Source: Giardia intestinalis
Taxonomy: Eukaryota
Direction: 5' to 3' (one strand)
NCBI GenBank assembly: GCA_000002435.2
Contig: CM018792.1
DNA length: 64,000 bases
Under the pieces are notes generated by a model, which saw only the letters and a list, made by a program, of their open reading frames with translations, did no database searches and had not been told where the DNA came from. Shown here piece by piece: positions 44,761 to 53,939 of the stretch; within the stretch, counting starts at the first letter, position 1, and each line of letters begins with the position of its first letter. Position numbers and translations under genes: made by a program.

Positions 44761-46377
44761 CTACAGAAGATATACATAGAGGCTATACTGGCACAGTACT
44801 ACGAGAACACTTAATCCAGCATGGGTAATGATATTACAAGCAGTGATCATACTAGACCAGAGAGCTGGCTTTGGAGTCAGGAAGTGGGTACAGGGAGACG
44901 CTATGTGTGTGAACCCGACTCTACAAATATCTTTGGACAAACAGCATAATGACTGCTTATATGCACGTTGCGCTAAAGCCAATTCAGCACATGTGCATGT
45001 CCTAGTAGTTATGTGTGCAGAAACATGTGCGTGTATTGACTCTGATTTGCCGTCTGTATGGTTAGAAGTGCCTATAGTACCTATATACACTCCTCTTGTT
45101 GTTATATGCTGACCTGCGTGGCAGGGTCTGCGGAGCTTTCGCTCCACGTACCTATGGAGCAATGCTCTGAGCTTTTGCTCCATCTCCGTCGCTCTAAGAG
45201 TAGGTTTGCTTTGATCACATGTATATTCCTGCGCAACCCTAGAGATAATAGTACGCAAGAGATTCGCCTTCTGTGTGGGAGGCATGCTTACACCTGAGTC
45301 TGGTCTACATGCTTCTATGGCCTCTTGAAGCCCCCTGTCGAGGATGGCCTCGTGTAGCATGTCTTTCAGCGATCGAAGCTGGCGCTGGTTGCTGTGTTGA
45401 TGGCCGGTTTCAGAGATGCAAAGGTAATAACCAACTGGCACGTCAATTGCCCCTGAGAGATCATTACCCAGCGCAAAGCGTAAGCCGTGTAAGACGCACC
45501 TGCTGTCCATTGTTTCTCGAAAGTAAAACAGGAACTGTGTTGCACCAGTGTAGTAATCGGAGGACGAGCTGCCCCTCGTCAACAACGGGGTAAGTGGAGT
45601 TAGTTGTTTCTTCTCGACGTCAAGCTCAAAGCAGCACTTGCTTGTGAGACTGATGATTAGACTTTCGCGACAATTCCCGTAATCTAGTCTGTGCAATTTC
45701 ATACACTTTTCTATGGTAACTGGGGGCAAAACCAGCTCCTTCAGGGCCTTGCCACGTACTTCGTAACTTCCTATGTCCTGTTTACCTATCAATCTGAGAA
45801 GATTGCTCGTACTATGAATGTATAAAAAGCTGTGCTCAAAGATCCATAATTGGTGCCTATCAGTGATTGAGATGCAAATTCCACTACGCCCAAGTTGGAA
45901 GTATGCATCCAGATCACCAATCTTAGTCACCTCACAAGCAAACAGCGGAGAGCTCCTGCTGAAGCTAAAAATGACGTAACTGTCTAGCATAAGCAGTGAG
46001 CCAGGGGCATTCAGGCAACGACTGCAGCTCTCCTCGGTAAACATCTGAACGCGAGCTACTCCGGAGTATGTGTATTCATTGGTGCTAGAATTATAGATAC
46101 TGAGAAAGGGTGCTTGGCTAGTATATGATAAAATGAGTATGTTTTGGGCGAACATTTGAGCGTTCAATATATTGCGGCCGCTCAGCTGCAAAAAGGGTTC
46201 AAGGACTGTTCGCTGTGAAAGGGCTAAGAATAGTTGAGAGATTGAAAACCCTGAGACCTGCAGCTCAGAAAAGAACAAGATATGCGTATCAGTTGCACTG
46301 GAGCGAGTACAGCCTTCCAAGTGTCGCCAACAACCAGCAGCATCGGGCTGCAGGATCAGCTTACGATTGCAAGACAT
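44761..46377 (-). CDS. Hypothetical protein (about 538 aa)
   Basis: The track ORF 44761..46467 has its first ATG at 46467, which overlaps the neighbouring gene. The internal ATG at 46377 is directly preceded on the minus strand by the AT-rich ..AAGTACAATTTTTTGTTTTAAGGGT, so I prefer it as the start. No recognisable domain. Confidence 0.45.
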   Translation of the reverse strand: MSCNRKLILQPDAAGCWRHLEGCTRSSATDTHILFFSELQVSGFSISQLFLALSQRTVLEPFLQLSGRNILNAQMFAQNILILSYTSQAPFLSIYNSSTNEYTYSGVARVQMFTEESCSRCLNAPGSLLMLDSYVIFSFSRSSPLFACEVTKIGDLDAYFQLGRSGICISITDRHQLWIFEHSFLYIHSTSNLLRLIGKQDIGSYEVRGKALKELVLPPVTIEKCMKLHRLDYGNCRESLIISLTSKCCFELDVEKKQLTPLTPLLTRGSSSSDYYTGATQFLFYFRETMDSRCVLHGLRFALGNDLSGAIDVPVGYYLCISETGHQHSNQRQLRSLKDMLHEAILDRGLQEAIEACRPDSGVSMPPTQKANLLRTIISRVAQEYTCDQSKPTLRATEMEQKLRALLHRYVERKLRRPCHAGQHITTRGVYIGTIGTSNHTDGKSESIHAHVSAHITTRTCTCAELALAQRAYKQSLCCLSKDICRVGFTHIASPCTHFLTPKPALWSSMITACNIITHAGLSVLVVLCQYSLYVYLL

Positions 46378-46405
46378 ACCCTTAAAACAAAAAATTGTAC
46401 TTAAA

Positions 46406-49400
46406 ATGGATGGTGCCGACCTTCTGGAGCGCAATATTCGCACAATGCTCGAAGCTTCGTCCCGCAAGGTGCGTGAGGAAGCTGCGGTGCAACTTCAGCT
46501 AGCACTTAACGGCGGATCTCTGGCCCCGGAACAGGAGCGTAGTATTCTTGGTGCATACCTCACTCGCTTTCGCGATCCTTCTGAAGCCATGCGTCTTTGC
46601 GTTATAGAGATTGTCAGGGGGAGCTTTTCCAACCTTAGTTGTCTGGATGCTATCCTTCCACGTGCAATCCATGAGATTTATACCATCCTCGCCTGCGCAC
46701 CAGTCACAGAAGTAGAAAAATCCGAGGTTGTTCGGCTGCTCCTTTTGAAGCTGCTGCTTCGGATCATTCACACCTGCAATGAGAGCAATCCCTCTTTGAT
46801 CGAAAGCCTGTCACTTTTCTTTAAGGAGGTCACAGAAATTCTCAAGGCCCAGATGAAAGACCAGGCACCCGACAATCGCATAATAATCAACAAGTGCTTG
46901 TTCAAGCTCTCCAAAACGTATCAAAAGAGAAGCCATCTCTGGAATAAAGAGATAGTTCGCGATGTCACAGTTGCGATGCTAGAAAACTATAGGCACACGG
47001 TTTACACCGTCCGCATGACCACCATCGATACTCTATGCAGCATCCATCTTTCCCCAGCATCAGAAGACATAGCCACTCTTGTGGCCCCATACGTCTCCCT
47101 GTTTGTTAATGATTCTAATTTTAATGTGCGCCGGTCAGTAGCCACCATGGCTGCTGTATGGCTTGACGAACATATTGATCGGCACGTCTACTTGGACTTT
47201 TTCTGTGGGATTCTTTTGTCCTTGGCATTAGACAAGGACATTAACAAAGAGGTATTTGATCTCTTCATAGCTTGTGGAGAGACGTATGAGCGCGAGCATA
47301 AAGATGATCTAAGACTCTCCAAAGAGCTTAACCAGCCCCCTGTCATCGTTGGTTATAATAAGTTTCTCCAACGAGTGGCTCCACGTAATTACCTAGAAAA
47401 TGTCGCTAGATTGATTTCGGGGTCTGAGAGCATAGAGTCTCTAGAGTCGTGCCATCCGCTGCTGCGTTTAGGACTCGGCTGTAGGTGCCTTGCGGAAAAG
47501 ACAGCTGTTAAAGTCATCAAAGCTGTTCTGGCTGATATTACGGGGTCAAATGACGGCTACAGATCCAAGGCATGTGATATGCTTGCCATGCTTTTAATAA
47601 CTAATGAGCATAACAATATTCGTTATTCCCCAAGCATTCTGGAGCAATTGATATCATTTTTTGTAGGCGAAAGGATCCGGAATAACGTGCAGGAGCAACT
47701 GGACCACATCATGGATCTTGTTTTTTCATTCCTCATTCCACAAGAGATCATTTGCTTTATCCTGAGCTTTTACCGACGAAGCCAGTTGAGTGTTCGACAG
47801 CTAGGGGGGCTACTGACCCTCGTTAAAAAGTTTATTGATATTAGAACGTTTTTTATCCTGGAAGGCATACAGTACACCATAAAAGAACATAACTTAGACA
47901 TAGGGTACATAGTTAAAGTCATCAATGAGATCCTATTGAAGGATAACGTCCTTTACAACGATGATGCATATGTGCAGAGCTGCTTTCAAGGCTCAATCTA
48001 TTCCATCGTGAAGTACGTAATTCTTCTTTGCAACAATAGTACCAGTGAGGCCTTTGAGGCCAGTTTACGAGAAGTAGGAGAGGGAAAAGATGCTTCTGAC
48101 GTCTCAGACCTCCTGGCGAAGCTAACTATCTGTATAGTTTCAGCGGAGTCCAAGTCGATACCTGACAACGCCATTGCAGCAGCGCTGGAATCCCCATACG
48201 GAACAGCCAAACGCAGCCTCGATCAGCGTCACAAGACATCGGCAGCTTCTCTTGAGGTAGATCTTAATAGATATGAATCCAGGACAATAACAGAACTACT
48301 TAAGGCTTATTTTGGGAGGAAGTGCATCGATAACACCATTTTATCCGCCTATTTCACCAAGAGCTTTGACCTTATAAATCTTGACCCCACATCTTACGAC
48401 TTAGAGAAGCGCATGAGCTTCCTGATGAGAATGATGCTTTCATTTATTTCTGCTGGCTATCAACTGCCTCCAGAAGTCGAGAGCACCATGAGGAGGCTCT
48501 TCGTTCAACTTATGCGTTTAACCAATAAGACTGATTATCCTACGTGCATACGTACTGCTGCTTGTCGTTGTGTGTATCTAGTTGTCTCTTGCTTGACACG
48601 TACTCTGTCGATGAGCAATCCTAACATGCGATATTTCTTTGCGCAGATCCTACTTGTGTCTACATGGCAGTTTGGTGCGAGAACACCAGAGTGTCTGGAG
48701 TACCTTCTACGTGCACTCGCCTCCATGACGAGTAGCCTTACCATTGAGTCCTTTAACCTTCTTGGTCAGGCTCACAAAGATTGTCACGGGACACTCCTAG
48801 GCAGAATTGTCAGTAACTTAGATGCAGATACGCCTGGCTGCCGCATCGCTGCCCTCGATATCCTTAAAGGGGTGTATAGATATGTTGACTATGTCCGCAC
48901 CCTTGAACTATTGTATCAGCTAGTTCAGCGGGTGAATGATTGTGTCAGCAGAATTACTGTGGACTCGCTGCATCTCTGCGGGGAGATCTTATCTTTTCAT
49001 CACGAAGAAGCAATGAAAAGCCCCAAGAAGATGGCACGTCCTGGCCAAACAAATGTATTGGTGATTGCAAATAAGGAGCTTCTTAAGTTGCTAGTGCTGC
49101 ACATCGATGACTCCGTCTCTGAGATTTCAGATGCATGCATGGCTTTGCTCAAGCAGATGCGTTGTATGTGTACACAGCTGACATGCTATAACATCAGACA
49201 GCTTTGTGAAGAGCGGTTAGAGAGGTGTAGTCGGAGGGCGCTATATTCAGACTTGAAAGCTCTTTATGAAGATGTGCAATCAGAGCCCGCTGCTAACGAA
49301 GAGGAGATGCTCTTGACACGAGAGTATGAGGAGGAGGTTGCAAGAAGAGAACGTGAGCGCGAGCGCGAAAACTTAAGTAGTACGCCGAGTCATCCTGACT

Positions 49401-49438
49401 CCTCCACTCTGGACACCGTGCAAAGACTCAATAAATAA
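46406..49438 (+). CDS. Large helical-repeat (HEAT/ARM-like) protein (about 1010 aa), hypothetical
   Basis: The track ORF starts at TTG 46367. The first ATG is at 46406, after CCCTTAAAACAAAAAATTGTACTTAAA. The sequence is helical and Leu-rich throughout. The C-terminal end is acidic or ER-repeat (REYEEEVARRERERERE). Confidence 0.6.
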   Translation: MDGADLLERNIRTMLEASSRKVREEAAVQLQLALNGGSLAPEQERSILGAYLTRFRDPSEAMRLCVIEIVRGSFSNLSCLDAILPRAIHEIYTILACAPVTEVEKSEVVRLLLLKLLLRIIHTCNESNPSLIESLSLFFKEVTEILKAQMKDQAPDNRIIINKCLFKLSKTYQKRSHLWNKEIVRDVTVAMLENYRHTVYTVRMTTIDTLCSIHLSPASEDIATLVAPYVSLFVNDSNFNVRRSVATMAAVWLDEHIDRHVYLDFFCGILLSLALDKDINKEVFDLFIACGETYEREHKDDLRLSKELNQPPVIVGYNKFLQRVAPRNYLENVARLISGSESIESLESCHPLLRLGLGCRCLAEKTAVKVIKAVLADITGSNDGYRSKACDMLAMLLITNEHNNIRYSPSILEQLISFFVGERIRNNVQEQLDHIMDLVFSFLIPQEIICFILSFYRRSQLSVRQLGGLLTLVKKFIDIRTFFILEGIQYTIKEHNLDIGYIVKVINEILLKDNVLYNDDAYVQSCFQGSIYSIVKYVILLCNNSTSEAFEASLREVGEGKDASDVSDLLAKLTICIVSAESKSIPDNAIAAALESPYGTAKRSLDQRHKTSAASLEVDLNRYESRTITELLKAYFGRKCIDNTILSAYFTKSFDLINLDPTSYDLEKRMSFLMRMMLSFISAGYQLPPEVESTMRRLFVQLMRLTNKTDYPTCIRTAACRCVYLVVSCLTRTLSMSNPNMRYFFAQILLVSTWQFGARTPECLEYLLRALASMTSSLTIESFNLLGQAHKDCHGTLLGRIVSNLDADTPGCRIAALDILKGVYRYVDYVRTLELLYQLVQRVNDCVSRITVDSLHLCGEILSFHHEEAMKSPKKMARPGQTNVLVIANKELLKLLVLHIDDSVSEISDACMALLKQMRCMCTQLTCYNIRQLCEERLERCSRRALYSDLKALYEDVQSEPAANEEEMLLTREYEEEVARRERERERENLSSTPSHPDSSTLDTVQRLNK

Positions 49439-49448
49439 AGAAATATTG

Positions 49449-49679
49449 ATGCGTGAGGATACTCTCAGCTTGATACAGGCAGCTATCGAACGGGTAGAGA
49501 CCCAACAGACCCAGATTCTGAAGCTTGTGAGCAAATTGAGGACTGCAGAGCCTCTTGGCTTGAGCAACTTTGAGGAAGTTGTAATATCCCTAAATCCGCA
49601 GTCAACTTCGTCGTCGCTTTCATATTCTACTTATAGCTCATCATATACTACAGGCCGGAGCCTAGAAGAGGACTCTTAA
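49449..49679 (+). CDS. Small hypothetical protein (76 aa)
   Basis: ATG 11 nt after the stop of the preceding gene, preceded by AATAAATAAAGAAATATTG. The N-terminal half is helical and the C-terminal half is Ser/Thr/Tyr-rich. This is a weak call. Confidence 0.25.
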   Translation: MREDTLSLIQAAIERVETQQTQILKLVSKLRTAEPLGLSNFEEVVISLNPQSTSSSLSYSTYSSSYTTGRSLEEDS

Positions 49680-49710
49680 GACACTTACAGATGCTTTACT
49701 CATGCTCCCC

Positions 49711-50655
49711 TTAATAGCCCTTGACCTTTGTCACTAGCTCCTTCTTTCTGGCGTCTACATCTGCAATGACGGCGGCTTCTATGTCTGTAGATGCATGTCG
49801 AATGGCTTCGTGGGCCTCCACTGTCATCTGCACCAAATCATAGGGGCTGATCGGTGTGCCTGCCAGTTTATAGAGCCCGTTGGTGAGCCCTGACTTATCG
49901 AGGACTATGGTTGTGCAGCCTGCACAGAGCTCTAGCTCCTCCCGGCAGCAGTCTATGAGGTAGTCGTGCTGAATGCCAGCCCCTTGCTTGTGTTCGTCCT
50001 CGCCTCTATCAGAGATATCTTCCATGTTTGCAGCTGAAGAGAGCTGATAGAGTCCTATTCTTCTTTTATCCAAGTGTCCAAATGTAACAGAGAGCGGTAT
50101 ATATCTCATGGTGACCAGTTCGTCCCTCGGTAACCCCATGATGTGCGTGGTAAACTCTTCAACCTGTTTCTTGTTGCACGTGTCAATGCTGGATCCGCGG
50201 TAGGCCTGCACATTAGGGATCCCCATGTGATAGATGCTTGTGCCAGCTGCAATGATGCACGCATCCCGAAGTCCGCCGTCGTCTTGGAGGACCTCGACTG
50301 AGCAGCGAATGACGAAGTACATGGCGCCAGGTATTATAACGAGAGTATCCTTAGGGACGACCTGGTCGCTTGCGAAGGTGTTATTCAGTAGGTCTGCGAG
50401 ATTCACATGCTCTATGGTCTCCTTTAATTCGGAAGGGAGATTGCACGTGACAGTAATACGACCGCTTCTGAGCTGTTTCCCAGATAGAATTGCCAGCTTG
50501 GAAGACGCAGCGACCTTCGTTTTCCCCTTTTCAACCAGTACAGACCCCCTCGCAGTAAAGAACGAAAGGGAGATGTCTCTCGTCTCACCAATCCCTCTGC
50601 CATCTATCCGTGTATCAGTATACAGTATTTCGAGAGCATGGGGGATAGCATTCAT
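49711..50655 (-). CDS. RNase PH-domain exosome subunit (Rrp42/Rrp43/Rrp45-class)
   Basis: RIDGRGIGETRDISLSFFTARGSVLVEKGKTKVAASS matches the RNase PH core (R.DGR...e.R......g.....GSa.ve.G.Tkv). The 314-aa length fits the two-domain PH-ring subunits. Confidence 0.7.
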   Translation of the reverse strand: MNAIPHALEILYTDTRIDGRGIGETRDISLSFFTARGSVLVEKGKTKVAASSKLAILSGKQLRSGRITVTCNLPSELKETIEHVNLADLLNNTFASDQVVPKDTLVIIPGAMYFVIRCSVEVLQDDGGLRDACIIAAGTSIYHMGIPNVQAYRGSSIDTCNKKQVEEFTTHIMGLPRDELVTMRYIPLSVTFGHLDKRRIGLYQLSSAANMEDISDRGEDEHKQGAGIQHDYLIDCCREELELCAGCTTIVLDKSGLTNGLYKLAGTPISPYDLVQMTVEAHEAIRHASTDIEAAVIADVDARKKELVTKVKGY

Positions 50656-50759
50656 TTCTGCCTAACCCTTTGCCTCCGTCAGAAATAAAAACTCAGTGAG
50701 GATCATTTTGTGGCACTTTCAAATCCCCCTACTATTAATCCCGTCGATAGCCTTAGCGG

Positions 50760-53700
50760 ATGGCCGCTATGCTAAAAATTAAGGGTGTTCACTTCCAGTT
50801 TCCGTTTGAGCCATATCCCTCGCAGATAGAGTATATGAGTTCCCTTATTACGGCCCTGAATAAGAAGGAAAATGCCTTGTTGGAAAGCCCGACAGGCACC
50901 GGAAAGACACTTTCTCTGCTTATTCCCGCAATAGCTTATCAGGAACAATGTATTAGCTTTCTAAGTCTAGTAACCTCGCTTTTGAAGAAGTGCAAAGCTG
51001 GAGCAATCATAGCAGAGCCTACTGGAGCACCTACGTTATCTAGCAGTGCACCGCTAATGCCGCCAGACGTGGGTAAGCTTTTAGAGTGGACAGATCAAAC
51101 GTTAGACTTTCGAGACAGTGTCATCATAGATAGCAAGCTCAAAAATATAAGGCTCAATGATACAGCTAGGTGGGTAGCAGAACGACCTCCACCCAAGATT
51201 CTTTATGCTGCCAGGACCCATGCACAGATAGAACAGGCCATAAGACAACTAAAGAAGCATGTGACCATCTCTGATGCATCAGGTGACAGCAGATCTTTCT
51301 TATTATGGCCTATCGCCATGCTAGGAAGCCGCCGTATATTCTGCATAAACGAAAGAGCACACACTTATGCTGCAGCTGCAAATATCACACTAGGTATGGC
51401 ATGCAAGAAACTTTGCGACGACAGACAGTGTAGATATTACTCTAGTGACGGAGATAGTGATGATCTTGCACAGAAATACAGGGAGTATTACTGTGAGAAT
51501 AGTAATGGGCGATTGGATGATTTAGAAGACTTCCTGGGATACTGTAAGAACGAATCAAGGTGTCCATACTATTTGGGAAGAGCTCTCGTGCCACAGGCTA
51601 GGGTGGTTACTGCCCCTTATAACTATATACTCTCCAGTAAGAACAGGACATCCGAGCTTTCTTCTATGCTTCGAAATAGCATACTCCTTGTAGATGAAGG
51701 TCACAATATCGGCCAAGCATGCTGTGATACTTTTTCTGGCAGTGTTACTACTGACGCTCTTTTGAAGGCCTCCGAGGAAATTCAGTACTTACAGAAGGTA
51801 GCAGCAGCACAGCGGATGGGACCCGGTAATAAGGCTGCAACAATAGAGTTAGAGGGAAATTGGCTTTCAAAGACTAATCCTTGTGGACCCGCCACCTCCT
51901 ACACAGGGCTCCATGAGCCCAAAACAAAACTTATTCGGCAGTCAGTGACACGCCTCTACAGCTTATCGGATGCTCTGCCGCCGCAATCAGACATTGATGT
52001 GATATTCAATTTGATTAACCTCGTTTCAAAATACTTTGTAGACAAGCTTGCAGAGATAAGTGGGAATGCGCCCTTCAGCTTTGCCGTTCACGATCTTTCT
52101 AAAAAAGTTTATGAGCTGCTCTTGGCCACAGACTTCGAGTCTGGTGACCATAGTGCACCGTCAACACGTGTCTCTAGAGCGGCAACCGATATCGAAACTG
52201 CCAGATTCTATCTTTCGTCAAAGCCTATAGCAACTCATACAGATGCGGTCCAAACTTTACGCAAGAAACAGCAGCAGTTCTCCCTGTTAATTGACACCCT
52301 ATCCATCCTCATCCAATGTAACCCAGGCCTAGCGCCAGAGTATGCAGACAAGCCCTTACATTTACTAGAAGCAAGTGATTTCATATTGGCAATCAGTGAC
52401 ATCATGGTCTACTCTCAAACAGGATCTGAATTTTGCTTTGTTGTATCCAAACAGAAAGAAAATGACACTATTTCTAAACCAGCTAAGCCCAAATCTGCAT
52501 GTAGAATGAGTGAAGTTTTGAATAACGTCATAAGGAAGCATTCGGCTACTACAGTGCCGGCCATATCTAGCCAGGCTGGATGGCAAGTGCACCTACTCTG
52601 TATGACTCCAAAATCCATCCTCAAAACCATAGTCCTAGGGGAGAGTGTGCATTCTCTCGTCTTGACAAGTGGAACCCTAGCGCCCTTCTCGGCGCTCCAA
52701 GCAGAGCTTGGATTGTCTTTTGGCATATCTGTATCATGTCCTCACATAGTGCCACCCAGTAATTACTTATTTAGGGCTATCACGGCTATAACAGGAACTC
52801 CGTTATTGGGTATATATAAAAATAGGGAAAGCAAGTCATATCAGAAACAGTTAGGGTATGCTCTCCAAGCATGCGTACGTGGTGTGGTGGGAGGAACCCT
52901 GGTGTTCTTTCCATCATACAAGTATATGGCGCAGGTTCTGGATTCTTGGAAAGCGGACGGTACTGAAGCAGAGCTTAAGTCTAGCACCCATGGAGATCCT
53001 CGTGACCTGTTTGTCGAACCATTGAGGCAGCAAGATTGTAACGCAGTGATAAAGAAGTACAGGGATAGCTGTGACGCAGGACGATCCCCGATACTTTTTG
53101 TGATTTGCCGCGGAAAACTAGCTGAAGGAATTGACTTCAGCAACAACTACTGCAGATGCGCCCTTGTCATATCACTCCCCTATCCAAACATCTCTGACCC
53201 TCTGCTTAAGGCAAAAATGGATTGGCTTGACAAGCACTCTGTTCTGAAGGGAGGTGACTGGTATTCTGTACACGCATATAGGAGTGTCAACCAGGCGTTA
53301 GGCCGTGTCCTACGACACAAAGACGACTACGGATGCATGTTCCTCCTAGATCAAAGGTACTCCATAGAGATAAGCAGAAAGCAGCTCTCCGGATGGCTGG
53401 CTGATCAACTTGTTTCTACAGAACTGGCTGGGACAGGCGTACAAACGGAGAAAATATTTGCAGAAACACGCGCCTTTTACTCTAAGCGCACATTGTCTTC
53501 GTCCCCAGAAAGTGCGAAAGGTAGTAATCCATTTGACAGGATGTCAACTACAAGAAAGCTAGAAGAGCCAATATTTAAAACAAAGGACGAATTGGGCCTT
53601 TTGATGCAAGAGTTTTCCAATCCATTGAAGATTAAAAAGGCTACGGAACATTCTACTGCAATCTTGGATGAAACATCATCGGCTACTTATCAGCTACTGA

Positions 53701-53939
53701 CGAAGTTCAAGGGAAGGCTTACGGAAGTAAGATACAAGCAGCTAAAAACTCTTCTGCGTGATGTACAGTTGGTACAGAAAAGCGACCAAAAGAGAGTTCA
53801 GAAACTATGCAGTGATCTGGCAATTTTGCTGTATAGCCGTACTTTCTCCCAAGAGGTGAGTGACCTACTCAAGGTTCTAGAGCCTCACGTTGCGTCGGAA
53901 CTAGAAACCCAGATCAGATTCCTACAGAAACGATCTTAA
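50760..53939 (+). CDS. Fe-S cluster DEAH-box DNA helicase of the Rad3/XPD superfamily (RTEL1/FANCJ/Chl1-like; 1059 aa)
   Basis: N-terminus KIKGVHFQFPFEPYPSQIEYMSSLITALNKKENALLESPTGTGKTLSLLIPAIAY (family pattern FPF.PY..Q...M.....LESPTGTGKtL.LL). Fe-S cysteines CKKLCDDRQC...C.....CPYY. DEAH box LLVDEGHNI. Motif V ICRGKLAEGIDFSNNYCRCALVISLPYP. Motif VI QALGRVLRHKDDYGCMFLLD. Confidence 0.85.
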   Translation: MAAMLKIKGVHFQFPFEPYPSQIEYMSSLITALNKKENALLESPTGTGKTLSLLIPAIAYQEQCISFLSLVTSLLKKCKAGAIIAEPTGAPTLSSSAPLMPPDVGKLLEWTDQTLDFRDSVIIDSKLKNIRLNDTARWVAERPPPKILYAARTHAQIEQAIRQLKKHVTISDASGDSRSFLLWPIAMLGSRRIFCINERAHTYAAAANITLGMACKKLCDDRQCRYYSSDGDSDDLAQKYREYYCENSNGRLDDLEDFLGYCKNESRCPYYLGRALVPQARVVTAPYNYILSSKNRTSELSSMLRNSILLVDEGHNIGQACCDTFSGSVTTDALLKASEEIQYLQKVAAAQRMGPGNKAATIELEGNWLSKTNPCGPATSYTGLHEPKTKLIRQSVTRLYSLSDALPPQSDIDVIFNLINLVSKYFVDKLAEISGNAPFSFAVHDLSKKVYELLLATDFESGDHSAPSTRVSRAATDIETARFYLSSKPIATHTDAVQTLRKKQQQFSLLIDTLSILIQCNPGLAPEYADKPLHLLEASDFILAISDIMVYSQTGSEFCFVVSKQKENDTISKPAKPKSACRMSEVLNNVIRKHSATTVPAISSQAGWQVHLLCMTPKSILKTIVLGESVHSLVLTSGTLAPFSALQAELGLSFGISVSCPHIVPPSNYLFRAITAITGTPLLGIYKNRESKSYQKQLGYALQACVRGVVGGTLVFFPSYKYMAQVLDSWKADGTEAELKSSTHGDPRDLFVEPLRQQDCNAVIKKYRDSCDAGRSPILFVICRGKLAEGIDFSNNYCRCALVISLPYPNISDPLLKAKMDWLDKHSVLKGGDWYSVHAYRSVNQALGRVLRHKDDYGCMFLLDQRYSIEISRKQLSGWLADQLVSTELAGTGVQTEKIFAETRAFYSKRTLSSSPESAKGSNPFDRMSTTRKLEEPIFKTKDELGLLMQEFSNPLKIKKATEHSTAILDETSSATYQLLTKFKGRLTEVRYKQLKTLLRDVQLVQKSDQKRVQKLCSDLAILLYSRTFSQEVSDLLKVLEPHVASELETQIRFLQKRS

